From: Klebsormidium nitens
Lineage: Eukaryota; Plantae; Klebsormidiophyceae
Direction of reading: 5' to 3'
Assembly: GCA_000708835.1 (NCBI GenBank)
Contig: DF237165.1
Coordinates: 1-64,000 of the forward strand
Length of the DNA stretch: 64,000 nucleotides
Positions within the stretch are counted from its first letter, which is position 1. Each line of letters opens with the position of its first letter. This document shows, piece after piece, positions 14,601-28,749 of this stretch. The translations under genes and the position numbers were made by a program. The notes beneath the pieces were generated by a model that was not told the origin of the DNA, did no database searches, and saw nothing but the letters and a program-made list of their open reading frames with translations.

Positions 14601-17233
14601 AGAGAGGGTCTCAGAAGCAGAAAGCAGAGCGCACTCCCCAATCACCCTCGTAAGGGAGAGGCTCGCAGACCTGGAGGGAAGTTTTTGCGGTCGGCGAACA
14701 ACGCTTTCGGCTGCGTGTCTTATGTTCTCCAGCCTCGCAGAGAATGTGCTGGCCTTTCTTTGCCTGCCTCTCGAAACCTACTATCAGGTCATTCAGTCGG
14801 TCCCTTCATTGGTTCACTAGGCCTTGTACTTGGACCCGGAACAATCGTCTTTGCGAGGCCGAATTATCGCCACCGCCACAGAACAAGATGAGATTGTAAC
14901 ACATCAGCGTCATTTCGGCCTCCGCCCGTCTCTGTCCTTACTCCGTTTCAAAAGACGCTGTTGTTCAATTGCAGTCTTGCTGACGTATCATATTTGGGAT
15001 TTGGTGCAGCGGCTGCTGACGGACCCGTCCCCGCGGTTGCGCGCTGCTCTGCGGTACACGGTGTACGGCAAGAGCGGCGTCTTCGACGTGGACCGCTTCA
15101 TCGACATCATGGAGGCCTTCGAGACCTTCACCGACCAGGCCAAAACCGGGGTGAGCCGCTCCCCGCATCGATCACCGCCTTCACAGCTGCGGGGGTTTCC
15201 CATCGTACTCTGAGGGTTTCCCGGTCTTCCTGTGTGGCACCCTCGCACTGTCAAAACATAATCTACTTCTGCGTTCCTGCTGTTTCCGTGGTTTTGTCGT
15301 TCCATTGTTTCCATACGCTTCTCGGGTCACCGCTGCTTGCGGTGCTGTGGTCGTTCCTGCCTCATTGCATCAACGCTGAGTTTCAACACCCCTCCCAACC
15401 TAAATTTCGGCCCACTTGTGACACGTGTCCGTTGTTCCGTTCTTGAATTACAGGGCGGCCAGCTGAGCGGCAGCGGCATGGCGTCGTTGGGCCAGCTGCT
15501 GCCCCCGGCGTCCACGGCGCGCGCGGTGGCGGATGCGCAGGGCCCGCCCGGGGTACAGACGCGCGCGGCGCTCAACTTCATGCTGTCCAAGGACGGCGAG
15601 TTCTTCCGCGAGTTCATCCTGGACGAGGTACGGCAATCATCACGGGTCGTCGACTTTGGTCCACGTGTTTCTTGTGACTGAATCCCCAACGGTCGATTGC
15701 CATGGAACCTTCTCGGTTTCTGGGAGGAACGTAGAAGTAGCCGCAATTCCGCTGGGCCCTTGCATACTCATAAACGGCCGGATGCATATTGTGCGTGCGC
15801 TGCCGTGGCGACTCTTACACGTAACATGAGAAAATTGGAATTCCAGTATTCAAACAATTCCCGCCACCCCCCTATCTGCGTTCTGCCCCCGTTCCTTCAC
15901 CACCTGTGCTCCTCAGAAGCTCCGATCCGCTCTCGGCCATGTATAGTCTGCCGGCTGTCTCTGATCCTTCTGCCGCGCCGTGTCTCTGTGGCCAGGTGGT
16001 GAAGGGCATCGACGCGGTGTCGCGCGAGCGCATCGCTGGCCTGGTGGCACAGCAGGGCCTGCAGGCGGCGCGCATCCCGCTGCTGCTGCCGGGGGCCGTC
16101 GTGCCCATCCCGCTCTCGCCGCCCATCACCCGCGAGGACCGCGCGGTGAGGCCACGGACGCGCATTGGCAGGCTTTGCACAACTTGCCTTACAACTGATT
16201 CTTAGCCCTGGGCATTTGCGGGTATTCTTCGGGGTTTCCTGGAATGCGGGAAGGGGCGCCACGGATTTCGGCGCTTCCATCCGCTCGATTAAATTCGTCA
16301 GAGGCTGGAGTGGAGGCCGGGCAGCCAGTCGCGTCAATTGCTCGTGACTAAGAGACGAGCTTTGACTGAATGCTCTCGTACTCTCATAAGCTGGCATCGA
16401 TTCGTATATCGCACTCCCTTGTTGCCCAAGCTCTTTGAGTGTTTGGATCCCCTCCCCAAACGCCCCCTTGCTGACCTGTGCGCTGTGCGGGGTGCTGCCA
16501 GGTGGCGGACAACGTGAACAAGGTGCTGGCCTTCTTCTTTGCGGGGACGCCCCTCGCGGAGTCGTTCGAGAACTCGCGGCGCAACCAGAGCGCGCTCGCG
16601 CCGCTGGCCAACCCCGCCAAGCTGCTGGAGAGCGTGCAGGACATCCTGCCCGTCCTGCCGTCCCTCGCCACGCAGGTGCGGCACCTGCCCTACCACCTGC
16701 GCCGCTCGGCTTGTACTCGACCGTGTCCCTGAGCTGCCTTTCTTCTGTTATGTTTGCACTTTGCATAGGCCAGCGCTTAGCACACTTGGCGTTTGCCGGT
16801 TGTTCCCGTCGTTCCTGCTTGCGGGTTTAGTCCTTGACCAATTCAATGAAGTGTTAAGATAGTCAGCGGCTGCTTCTTGGTGCTCTTTCTGTTGCTGAAT
16901 TTTTCTTTGAAGGGACGGCTCTCGTCTCCGCTCTGGAAGTTGGCCCCAAGATGTGTATCGGACCTGGAAGGTGCTGCTTGAAACCGCCGCCTGAGTAGGT
17001 CGGGGTTTGGCTCCGCGGGTACCCGACCATCTTCTGTTCTCGGTGTGCTCTTGGTTCGGCGATTGGAAACGCCCCTTGCAACCTGTCAGCCGTTTATAGT
17101 TGGGAATCGTTGCGGCCGCTCACCGTTGTTGCTTTTCTGGGTACAGGTTCTGCCGGAGATTGTCAACCGGCTGACGAGCCGAGTCATTGCTCGGTTCATC
17201 CGTGAGAATCTCTTGGGTGGCCCCAGCCGGTAG
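8611..17233 (+). CDS. ABC1K6: ABC1 atypical kinase, plastoglobule type, most similar by recall to Arabidopsis ABC1K6
   Basis: Exons encode QMEEDEDLATLMRGLRGQNL, LPLEYDPELIAQFWGARP, LGPAYIKLGQALSIRPDIL, VAVKVQRP, QLLDTGFFHADPHPGNL, LAILDFG and FRIPPYFALIIRAIGVLEGIAL. Last exon ends TAG at 17233. The start ATG at 8611 is tentative. Confidence 0.9.
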
Positions 17234-18327
17234 CGCATGGTGCAGGCCCGGTCAGGCCCCATCTGGCCTGGCGCGGGTCAGCCGAATATCGATATCGATA
17301 CCATTGCCTGAGCAGCAGGTCCACGATAAAGCCCAGTAAAGCAGAATAAAGGGCCCGCTTAGGTAGCGTTGTCTTGTCGGCCGTGGTTACTATCGGGGAG
17401 GCCACCGCTCACACATACTAACAGTAGGTACGGGTATGCGAGGCGTGGATTGCCTGCACGCCATGCATGACGGTGTACATGTCTAAATGAAGGATTGTTA
17501 AAAGGGTTGTCTAATTAACTCAACACATTGATTTCTTTTCATTTTGAGTCAACTGGTAAAATGAGCCTAGAATTGAGAAACTGGGAGCATCTTTTTAACG
17601 AATGGCGTGCACTGGCAAACGCTTGCAATGCAGAATCGTAGGCTCATGCTGTAGCACTGCATCACCGGATCACGAATATTTACAAGGCTCGATATCATGC
17701 ACGATTAATCACGTACAATGAGTATGTTGAGTTCTTCGAGGCACTCAGATGCACCTCTCAATCGCACCACTCGCGGACATGATTGCCGTGCGCACGCTGA
17801 ATCAAGTTGGTGAATTTCTCCATCCGGTACACAGCTCCGAAATGACGCTAGCTGACCTGGGCCAGCACAACTAGCTGCATTTCACTTGACATGTGCCAGT
17901 GCATGCTGGCACACGCACTGGCAGCTACAAACAACTGTGGCGATAAGGTCATCACAGGGCGCATATGCACGTATAGGTGAAAAATAACGTGTTTGTGCAC
18001 ATGGCTGTAGACCGCCCGCCCATATACAACAGTTGCATGCATGGTTGTCATGCAATAAAATCCGGTGGCACCATAATAGCAGCATTTGGCAGCCACTGGC
18101 ATGCATGGACATACAACGACGTCAGTTTTTGTTAAACCTTTCCACACATGGACGCTCTGTAGAAGGACTTTCAGTTGAAAGGTGGAGCGCAACAACCCAT
18201 CACCCCTCGTCAACGCGTTTGCTCTATCACGGGACCGTTCTATTAAAATTTGTCGCAAAACTATGAACGTTCTATGTGTAAAATACATGTTGTTGACTCC
18301 AAACACAGAGAGCTTGCTATATCAGAC

Positions 18328-20313
18328 TCAAAACCACTTCAAGACGTCCATGAGCACTAGCAGGACGATGATGATACCAATCATCGTCAGGAACAAGCAG
18401 ACGTATGAGCAGCTGCGACCTGACTGCCTGCTCAACCTCGTGAGTTTGTCTCGCACGTTCTTCACACGTGACCTGGTCGAATCAAGATCGCGGTCGATGT
18501 CGTCCTGCAACAAAGAGTGTACAGGTGATTCTTTTTCAGCTATGGTAAGCGTGCTGACCAGATAGCGGAAAAGACAGAAGGTGCGAGCATGGGACAGCCA
18601 GAAGAATGCACAGGCATGGTTTAAATCATTTTGCTGCAACCAGCACAAGACTATGGCTGGCTGCTCCTCACCAGTAGTTGCGTGTGCAGGTCCAGCTCGT
18701 CGTTGACCGCCAGCGCAATGTGGTGCGTGCTGCTCACAGTCTGCGCCAGCTCGTCCAGCTGATCGTCTTGCTCTGCACACCACAAGCGACAAGGGGCATC
18801 CGACTGAACTACCGTCTTCACACTTGCGCCAAGCGGGACTACAAGGCAAGGACGTTGACACGTGATAGCTTTGCTGGCCCTTTGCACAGCCTCGCGGAGC
18901 AAAGTCCATGTGCACGTAGATAAGAAGATAGGGTCACAACGTAGCGTTCCTCGAACAAACAACATCTGACAGATCCATTATTCTGGTAGCTCTGGAAGAT
19001 GCATTGAACCTTGTAAGGCGCACGTTAATCAGGAGGATCAGCAGACAAGATGTCGAGTTTCTAGACATCGGAACAAGATGGACAGTGTCCCTCTCCCTAT
19101 GGAGGCCGTGGGACCGTGAAAGTGGCGGCCTGTCTAAGATTCTCCTTAGCAGAGCTTCTTTGGCTCCTCAAGGCAATGAACATCCAGCATCGATGCATTG
19201 GACTGCGGAGGTTGACCCAACGTACTCACCCTTCATAATCTGTTTCTGCAGGCCCACAATCCCCTGGTTCTCCAGACCGGCCGTTCGATCCGTCTCAGCA
19301 GGCTGAGAACTGCTGGGCAGCAGAGCCCCCCTGCACGTCAACCAAAGCACCTCAAAACAAAGCTGGCTGTAGTAGGTCACACCCTCGCCAAACAACCCTC
19401 GCCAAACAACCCTCGCCAAACACCCTCGCCAACAATTGGGGGGCAGATTGGTTCACCAGAGTTGCATTTGACAGCTAAACATCACTAGATGAACAGCATG
19501 GAGCAGCGCATGCGCAGGCCTTGTCTCGGCTCTGTCTTTCTCACCTGTCGGCTGAGTTCCCTATCTGCGTCAACGTGGCTGCCTGGCTCTTCGCCCGGTA
19601 CCTGGTCCACAAACAACGGTCAAAGTCAGACCAAAGAAGCAATAAGCGTGTGTCGGTCGGGGCCCGCTCATTGTTACACCCTCTGATCATCTCAGATGCG
19701 GGGCAAGTTTCCCCCCATCACGTTGACAAGGGCCTGTGCAAGTTCCAAGAATCATTCTCATTCACCAGGCCATTGCCTGCATTGGCCAGGTAAGGTTTGG
19801 ACTGTGCACCTGATGCCTACAACCATGTCTTGTCGCCGGTACAGCTCCCGCTCAGACCTGCGCAAGCACCAGCTCACTTTAAAGCCAGACTTGCATTGCT
19901 GTGACCTAGAATCAATGGTACGGGGCAGAGTTGCGACCAGATCACAAATATTACTCTTACAATGCTTTCAAGCTCTTGTCTTTTCCACAATTTAACTTAA
20001 AATGAACTGTGCGTTGAGCTGTCTACTCAAAAAAGTAGTCCCAGCTTGTACATGAATCCCTGTGCCATGCACCCATGTTGGTGTAGCCTTACACGCCCGC
20101 CTTCTCGGGCCCCTCCTTGAGCAGTGCGTCCAGCCGGTCCGCCTTGGCATTCAGGCGCGTGATGCTGCGCCGTGTGGACGACACGCTGCGTGACGCATCC
20201 TTCCCCGCACGCGCCAGGTCGCTGGCCTCCTGAATCTTGCTCATAATCTCGTCCGCCAGCCGCATCGCATCCTCAAACTCCCGCATCCAGGTGTCCCCCG
20301 CTGTGCTCCCCAT
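18328..20313 (-). CDS. SYP5: Qc-SNARE, syntaxin of plants 5 family (SYP51/52-like)
   Basis: N-terminal DTWMREFEDAMRLADEI, then GLENQGIVGLQKQIM, SNARE motif EQDDQLDELAQTVSSTHHIALAVNDELDLHTQLL and a C-terminal TM segment CSYVCLFLTMIGIIIVLLVLMDVLKWF. Confidence 0.9.
19381..19434. repeat. Intronic minisatellite, about 4 copies of ACCCTCGCCAAACA
   Basis: Directly visible 13-14 nt tandem unit inside a SYP5 intron. Confidence 0.9.
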
Positions 20314-21360
20314 GGTGATGGGCTGAGGCAGCAGTTTCTCCGCTGGCCGCAAAAAGGGCTACAATCAACGTTCCCCCAACTATGGTTGCAGCAAGTGAAG
20401 AATACTACCCAAACCCTAATCAGAGAGAAGAAGCACAAACCTCAGTGCCAAAGAAAGAGGTGTCACAATGCTGGAAGAAGAAGGCCCTGAGCCGCTCCGC
20501 AAAACCGGCTACATGCACCTAATCAAGTAGCCAGTGCAAGAAACCACCAGTTATTATCAGCAAGTGCGAAAACTCAAGACCGAAAGTGCTTGATGATCTT
20601 CGCAAGCCTTGCACTCTTTCTTCTTACCCAGAGAAGACTGCAATTGCTTGGCCTTGTGACACAACGAGGCAGGACGTGCAAGGACCCTTTGTTTCCTTTC
20701 AGAAAGGATTTAACTGCCTCAAGTCCGCAGCAATTTTCTTCTTTCTTACGCACGGCCACGGAAGTCTCAGAACGACCAAGTGACACCTTTGGCAACTCGC
20801 TATGCCTCGAGCCTGATCAATTTTCTGCTACTGGAACACCCTCAACCTTGCAGGGCCAGAGCTTGGGCGCCCAAACCACCAATTTGCGTCGATCCTTCAC
20901 AAAATGTTAGTAAGTCTACGCTTATACCAACTCGGACTGCCAGTGTTCCTCGATGCCCTCCAGCGCCCGTATTCAGAGAATAGTGTCAAGCGTATCGGCG
21001 GCGCCTCTCAGTGAGAGTCCTTGACGCCAAGGGCATCGCTAAATTTTAGGGTTCAGTTGTCATGGAGGAAGGCCCCTACGTGGCTGCAGCTTTTGAACAG
21101 TGCATGCAGCTCATGCTGAAGCCGAAGCTGTTTTCTGGAATTAGTTAAACTTAGAAGAGGACGAGAGGCGCTCTCGTACCACCCTCGAATTACCCTTTTG
21201 TCCCTAACGGACACACTTGCTCACAGCAGCTTGGGCATATCATGCTGGCGACTCTTCTTTGTGTCAAAGCCTGAAAAGGTCAAATGCAGGTAGTGCCGCC
21301 GTCCTTCTTAGTCAGAGGGCTTCCCGCAAGGGCTCTGCGCCAGCGGGCTGACGTGTCCTC

Positions 21361-24300
21361 ATGGAGCAAGCGACTGGCTCTGAGGCGTTCCCTGCACAAC
21401 CAGGGGGCGCAGATTGCCCAGATCTTGAGAGCTTGTTGAGGGTCCGTCCTGATGGGGCGGAGAAGCTGCCAGCAGGGCAGGTGGCCCTGCTTGGCAGCCC
21501 ATGTGGGACGCCTATCCCAAAGAAGAATGTGTTCCTGTATGGCTTTGGGCATGTCCTCAATGACCTGTGCTCCGCCGCGTGGTTCACGTACCTGCTGCTG
21601 TTCCTCACACACATAGGGCTGTCGCCAAGGTGAGTGGTCGAATGTCTCAAAAGTTTACTCATACTCACGCCCAATTCGAATGAGACATTGGGCTCGAGGA
21701 CCCACATCAATGTAATGCTGGTCAGCACTTTGTATCTTGAGGTGATTTCCAAGTAAGCGCTACATTCTGCTTGTTGGGCATCCACCTGGGCAGCCAGAGT
21801 CCACAAGCAGTCCGCATCACCGACGCTGACGCTATTGCAAGCTGAGTGACTGTGAATCGACCTGCGTGGTGATTCGCAGTCAATAACCGTCTTGGAGTAA
21901 CAAACACGTCATCACACAATGAGGCACCTGAGGTCCCTGTTTGCAAACTCTCCGTCTTCCTTCTTATAGTTTCTTTGATCAAAAAACAGCAGACCCACTA
22001 GTGTGACATTGTAGCACAGTTTATCTCTCACAAGTTCCACAGAAATGCAGGATGCACAGTCTGCCCAGTGCCCATTCATCCGCCGCCTCGCTTGTTTCTG
22101 ACCTTCTTCCCCGCCTTTCTCCAGCCAAGCTGCACTGGTGCTCATGTGCGGCCAGGTCGCGGACGGGCTGGCCACGCTGGTGGCGGGGCGCATGATGGAC
22201 GCGTTCGGTCACTTAAAGCTGTGGCACGCGGGGGGCTCTGCGCTGGTGGCCCTCTCGTTCAGTTCCATCTTTGGGGGCTGCCTGCCGTGCTTTATCTTCG
22301 GCACCTCGTCGTCTGCGTTCATGACGGCCAGCTACGCCGTGTTCGCGAGCGTGTTCAACGTCGGGTGGGCGTGCGTGCAAGTGTCGCACATGGCGCTTGT
22401 GGCCTGCCTCACGGCGCACCCCTCCAGCAGGGTCGCGCTCAACAGCTGCCGCAACGCATTCACCATGGTGGGCGCATACGCATCAGTGTCTATCTTTTTT
22501 GATCAGTGTTGGGGTCTCTCCATGTTGCAAGCTAAATTGCTTCTGAGAGCTTGGCAGGTGGTTGTGCTCTCAAATAGACATGCCTATCAATCTTAAAAAT
22601 ACAGATTGATCGGCCCTGCCTCCGGTTTGTCCCACTGGACTCGCCAGCAAAAGACTGATACTACGCAAGCTATGGTCACTCGTTTTGCTTATCTACAATC
22701 GTCCTTGTCACACATTTGTCGCAACAATATTGCATTTCGAGAAGAGCCAGGCAGAACATGCCTTGAGCAGTTCTCTTGCAATCCTAATTCGACGACTCTT
22801 GTCGTTGATAAACTGAAAGCCTGGGACGAGATCTCACAAGGATTTGCGCTTCGCTAAGGCAAGCGGTAGCTGCCTTGAGATATAAGGAGGGTGTATATTA
22901 GTGGCACACCACTCAGTTGGCCGTCTCCTTGGTGCAGATATCCAACCTGGGCCTGTATGGGCTCGCATATCTGGCCTTCACCAACATGCCAGGAAATAAT
23001 CCGGAGGAAGTCCAACGCCAGGTGAGCTTTGCCAGCGCATTATCGAGTTCTGTCACTTGAACCTTCATCACGGACATGGCAAAGTTGCAACTGATGCGGG
23101 TCTGAACGTCTTCCATGTCAGCAGCAGTTGCGAGTAAAACCTCGGTCACGGTGCTTCTAGGAAGTGACACACGTGCAAGTCAGCCAGTTTACGCGCAGAC
23201 AAAGGGCTTAAACGTTGCTATCGTCTCTCGTTTGATCTAAACCCTTCAATCTGGACGAAGGCTTGGTAGAGGGCTTGATAAAAACGCGAATCGAACAGAT
23301 TGGCGTCATCATTTGGCAGCATTTGTGAGAATCAGAACTGTTCTGCCCAATGATGGGCAGGCGTTAGTAAATGTGAAGGGCTGATTTGCTGTACGACCAA
23401 GAGTCTCTTCTCAAAGTTTTGTTCGGCTCTGCAGTTCACGGCAGTGGCACTTCCGGCAGTGGCCATCGGTTCGGCCTTCGTCCTCGTGTTTCTATTCACC
23501 ATTCGTGAGCCCAGGTAAGATAAATGGACGTCCCGTTAGGCTGTCCGTTGGATTCCAGTGAAAGGAAGTTCTTCTGATTTGGATCCTAGCCGCTGCTTTT
23601 CCGACGCCTCTTGCTGCATCGAATTTTCAGAGCATCACCACGACTTCGCAAACTTGCACAAAGTGGAGCTTTCTTTGAAGCCGGTCGCTCCACTGAGAAA
23701 TGCACCCGCTGGCTGTCTCGTTCCGAGCCTTGTTACAATCCCCTGCGGTTGCCCTCTGTTGCAGCGTCGCACGCACACAGCACGAGCGCGGCTGCGCGCG
23801 CGGGTGGAAGTCGTGGTTTGGGCAGGCGCTCTACTACCAGGTGGCGGCCGCGTGCACGCTCACCCGCCTCATCGCCAACGTGTCGCAGGTGGGCACCCCA
23901 CCCCGGCCACACTCGTTTGTTCACTAGGGGCCTCGCATGATTAGGGGCCGCGCATAGATGTTTTCGTTACCTCAGCGAGCCCAGGAACAGCAGGCGGGAT
24001 TACGCCTTCGGTATTGAGACGAGGTTGTCAAATCTTGTTTTAATTAAAGGAGACTGTGGGCTGCATCGGATGGTCCGAGTACTGAAGGTGCACTACGCGT
24101 GAATCAGATCATGAAACGTGCGAGACTGCTTACTGCTTATCTAATGATGGCTGGATCACATTTGGCCCCGCCTGCCTCGCGCTCGCATTTCGACAGCACC
24201 GTCGCGGCATGGTAGGTTGCATTTCAGTGTACGCGAAAGGGCTAGTCAGGCCCTCTCTGGCAGCACAGAAGTTCCGAGTACTGCCTGCGGAAGAAACTGC

Positions 24301-26304
24301 TAACGGTAGCTGCAACCCTTTCTTGTGTGCAGGCCATGATTCCCTTCTTCCTGGTACGAGATCTGTTGATGGGCCAGTCAGCACAAGCGGTGGTAAGCGC
24401 CGCCCCGTTACGTCGTGGTTGGGTACCCCATCCCTGAACAGCGGCTTTCGCGCTGGACTTGTCAAGTGCGAAGCTCCGCCGCTTCGCCTCGCCGTTCAGT
24501 CGTAGCCAGAAGTCTCGCATACACAGTAGCTCGTACGTCGTTTGCCTGATCAGGTTTCGGCCCCAATCGAATTGAGTCTTAACCTCGTTACTTTTTTGCC
24601 CGCTTCTTGACCTTCGTGTTGCGGGTCGTTGTCAGTCTATTTCGAACTCTGCGCCGTTGCGTGGGGCGGCCCTTGACTCTCCGGTCCTTAGCCTACTGAC
24701 TGGGTGGTGCGCGCGCGTGCAGGTCCCTGCGCTCATCTTCCTGTGTAGCTTCCTAGCGTCCATCATTCTTCAGGTAGGACCCTTGCTCCCCCGGGGGGTC
24801 TGCCGTTTCCTTTGTTCACGAACTGGTCAATCTGCCCCTGCACCTGGTACGAAGGCCGACCAGGGACGTCGGATTGGGTTTTCTGTGCGGCGCACCCTCG
24901 CCGTGTTGGGCTCAGCTTTGAGCCCGCTTCAGACACATCCAGCCTGTCGCTCACTCCGTGAGTCCACGTTGTCATCGGGGTCTTCGGGCGCCTGGATGAT
25001 TTTGGAATTGTACATCAAGCAGACACGAAAGCGGTTGCCTGCGCGCCACAATGGTCTCGGCCAAAGTACTTAGTTGCAACCAATCGCTAACGTTTGCATG
25101 CTTGCTCGTCGTACTAGGAGTTGCATTGGAACGGCGGCCGGCTGCGCGCGTGCTTCCTGGGGGGATGCGCGCTGTGGCTGCTGTCCTCCGCGGGCTTCTT
25201 CTGGCTGCGCCCCGGCTGGTGCCCCGCCATCTACGGCCTCGCAGCGCTGGTTGGCACCGCCAACGCCCTCATGCTGGTCAGCGGCCCCCCGCTTTGCTCT
25301 CTTGCCAACGATGGTTCATTAGTGCCCTCCATTGCATGGTTCCAAAAAAATACAAATGTCCCACGTTCTCTGCTAAGATGGCTAAAAACCTGTCTTAAGT
25401 ACGAGAAGCCATCTGAGGCTTGCTGGTACGATTGTGTGTCTGCGACCTTGTTTGTTCTGCTGTCACGAAAGACCACGCAGCGGCCTCTGCTCGACACGCA
25501 ATTCAACGGCTGAACTTTCAAATCAACGCCTCTCTTACGAGGCTGTGGCGGTTTGATACTTCCTTGACCGTTTGCTTTTTTGCGCTGAGTCCTTGGCCCG
25601 TTTGTGCGGCAGGTGCCTGCGGTGAGCCTGCAGGCGGTGCTGGTGGGGTCGGACGCGGACGGGTGCGCTTTCGTGTACGGCTCGCTCGGCTTCCTGGACA
25701 AGATGGCCTGCGGCGCGGCGCTGTACGCGATCGAGATGTTCAACGGTGAGGCCACACCGTTCCCAGTCAGCGGGGAGCGAGAGCAAATGGAAATGAAAGA
25801 ATTCTGTGAAGCCATTCGTCCAGAACTCGTGCAGCGAGCGAGGGACCTGGATCACAGTGTTTGTGTCCAGTGCACCTGACTGCCGTGACGCTTGTATGAA
25901 AAGTGGCCCAATCGTTCCTACTTCGAACCGCTGCCAATCATTTACTATGTTAAGCCTTATCTGTAAGAAGGTTCGGGGGCAGGCCAGCCATTAATTCGTT
26001 GTACTTTCCACTTCTCCAAGTTCCTCTCTTTGTGCTAGCGGTTCGATCGTAGCTCGTTTGCCTGTGCCGTGCAGTCCAACCGGTGTGCACGGTCGGTGAC
26101 GATTCTTGCCACGTGTCGTTAGAACGTTGGGTGCTGGGCCCGCTGGTGGGCGTGTGGGCGATCATGGCCGCGGCCGTCGTCTTGACCATGCGCTTGGACT
26201 GCGAAGAAGCGGACCCGGAACTGCCCACAAAACGGAAGGTTGATGAAGCGGGCATCCGGGAGCCGTTGTTGGGGGCGGAGACTGTGGGAGCCGGCTTGCA
26301 TTGA
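21361..26304 (+). CDS. Major facilitator superfamily transporter, MFS_2/MFSD12-like
   Basis: YGFGHVLNDLCSAAWFTYLLLFL, GQVADGLATLVAGRMMD, YAVFASVFNVGWACVQVSHMAL, RVALNSCRNAFT, FVYGSLGFLDKMACG and a C-terminal acidic di-leucine-like EAGIREPLL. Multi-exon. Confidence 0.85.
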
Positions 26305-27720
26305 AGAGCCCATATTAAGGGAGGGGCTATTGATCATTCTTTGTGCGGCCCTATAGTAGATTGATTGGAAGTAAAGGGTTTGTTAGCACATGTCCATACT
26401 ATGGCAAACCTGTACAAAACGTGTCTGGCGCAAGGCTCCATTGATTAGACATTAGCAAGTGCCCGCAACATTTGCTGGAAGTGTACAAAGAGAAAGGATG
26501 TATAATGCAGGAAAGGACAAGCGCTTCGAATACACAGGTTTGCAGACAACGGAACGGTATATGCAGTTAGCTTCCAGGTACATGAGCGTAGTCAAGCGAA
26601 ATCTAGTTGATCATCAGAGATTCTGGAGTCTATAGTTCTGTTGCTGTCGTATACAACTCTTTCCGATTGAAGATCGAATATGTTTCTCCACGAAACAAAA
26701 AGGCAAGGCCTGCACAACTTCGCGCAAGGAGTGATACATGCTTTTTTGCAACACGGACTGCACTCCGTCGTTAACTTGCAATTGACAACAACTATTGGTA
26801 TGGTCTGCCTGTCGGGGCGATTCCGCTTGTCATAGCAGAAGTCTGGTGAGAGGCTCGCGTGCGTACCGAGATACGGCAATACGTTATGCTGCATACGCAA
26901 CAATCATTGCCTCATACATGTCTGAACATGGACCTCGTGCACTAACGTTTTAGCCGGGGGCACATGATTGGTAGCAGTCACTGAGTGTCTTCCGAACCAG
27001 AGATGCTCGCCCGGCCACGGGGACGTCCGCTCGTTTGGCGATTCAGTGCACTGTACGTGACCATTCTCTTAGGCTTTGGTTGGGAGCTGTGGGCAGTCCT
27101 AAACTTGCCACACCATGGCTGATCGGCTTGACGAAGCTCCTTGCCAAAGCTCCAAGACACATGCAATTACCGTAAGCTTCACGTACTTGCAATCAGAGGA
27201 GTACTTTGTTCGTGGGCGCCTCCCCTTCGGAGGCAGACTTAGATCGAAGATCGAACTCAGTCACGACCAGGTCCGAGCGGACCGCAGAAGCGCTGCCGGG
27301 AGGCTGGCTGCTGCCCAGAGCTTGAAAGGCCCTAAGGTCACCCTAGTTCACGTTATCATCCACTCGTTCAGGATTGTTGTTTGGGCACTGCTGAAGGTCT
27401 CTCTTCGTTGGTATGCTTTTGTCTTAGAAACAGGACTTCGTACCCGACCCTTTGACAACTTGAAGACGGATGCGAGTGATCTAAAAGCGGGTCTGTTACA
27501 AACTCTACCGTGGTTGACTGATTGACGGCAGTGGTGCTCCCAAGCCGGAGGCTCATGTGCGCTGTTAGGAGGAACACTGCAGAGAGGCCACCTACGGGAA
27601 ACCGATCAATCTTCAACGTCTTGCTTACTCCCTGATTCTTTGCAACTCGGACGGGCTTCCTGAAGCGAGCCTTCATTCTCGTGCGGTTTCGGCGTCTTCG
27701 TACGAAAGCGTCCGATGCCC

Positions 27721-27907
27721 GCCACGTGGCATCACGTGGCCGAAGGTGTTTTTGAATCTTGCCTCTGCCCACAAGGACCTCGAACGAGCGGTGCATACAT
27801 AACCTAGCGTTCTGCCCTTCGTCTTTCAGCGGATCGATCCGGGGCGCCCCCCGGCCCAGGGGCAGGACCTCTGTCCAGGGGTGCTCCACGGAGCTCCCCC
27901 GGAACAA
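27721..27907 (+). repeat. Structured element family copy A: G-box 27721, GCCCAC 27767, TACATAA 27796, 66-nt core 27838-27903
   Basis: Core TCCGGGGCGCCCCCCGGCCCAGGGGCAGGACCTCTGTCCAGGGGTGCTCCACGGAGCTCCCCCGGA is identical to copy B and 65/66 identical to copy C. Confidence 0.9.
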
Positions 27908-28563
27908 TTCAGCACCGCCCTCAACCCTACTCCCTCCTCTAGCACCAACTTTTAACCCAACAACAGCACAATCCAAAACCAACCAAATTCTGAACAAACC
28001 CAATCGAACCAACAACCAACCAGCATCACTTCTTCCCCAGCCAGAGGGGTCTGCTTTTAATCATAACACATGAACCTATTCTGTGGTAACCGCAAAGCGG
28101 TTTTGTTCAGAACCAATGCAGATTACGAGCATACTCCTCACCTCGTTAGCAAAAATGACGGATTCGACAACCTTCACAGGTCAGGTAGAACAGCGCTTGT
28201 ACTCTAAGGTGCTGGAATCGATTGTTCCATGTTCGAGTTTGCCAGAGCATGCACATTCTGGTACGTCTTGAACAAAACCACATGCATGACGCCGAAAGCA
28301 GCTAACTTATTAGTTGTTCATCTCCAAATGACGGTTCGCCAGACATCTTGTTCAGCCAAACGCAGAATTGACTGGAAACATGCGCTTCTTTGAGAAGTTT
28401 GAGCAGGTTCAGTTGTATGGATGACAAGTGAGTGTGTGACGTTGGGGTTGAAGCATGAGAGGTTTGCGAAATGTGAGTTTGTTGTAATGAATGTAGGCGA
28501 GGTTTGGGAGGTGGGTGTTTGATTTAGTGATCTGTTTGGGGGGTAAGTTGTGTGATGGGTTGT

Positions 28564-28749
28564 TCCGGGGGAGCTCCGTGGAGCACCCCTGGACAGAGGT
28601 CCTGCCCCTGGGCCGGGGGGCGCCCCGGATCGATCCGCTGAAAGACGAGGGCAGGAACTCTGCCTTATATACACCCTGATTGTCTCCATTATCTGTGGGC
28701 CGGCCCAGAACGAACGGCCACTTCCTACCGCTCGATATTGCCACGTGGC
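28564..28749 (-). repeat. Structured element family copy B (core 28564-28629, TATATAA 28671-28665, GCCCAC 28700, G-box 28740-28749)
   Basis: Exact reverse complement of the copy A core, with the same GCCCAC-to-TATA spacing of 29 nt. Confidence 0.9.

Noticed and set aside
21361-26304. MFSD12-like transporter as the cluster exporter
   Set aside because: It lies 9 kb away, lacks the GTAC-rich promoter and belongs to a widely conserved housekeeping family. Nothing in the sequence links it to the cluster.
27838-27903. HDV-like or hammerhead ribozyme, or H/ACA snoRNA, in the repeated core
   Set aside because: A 7-bp P1-like pairing is possible, but the L3, P1.1 and J4/2 catalytic signatures are missing. 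There is no CUGAUGA/GAAA core and no pseudouridylation pocket at the expected distance from the ACA.
27759-28073. Shared reading frame GAPRPRGRTSVQGCSTELPRNN in copies A, B and C as a small peptide family
   Set aside because: There is no ATG downstream of the shared TATA, the upstream parts are unrelated, and C/A-rich tails lack stop codons by composition alone.
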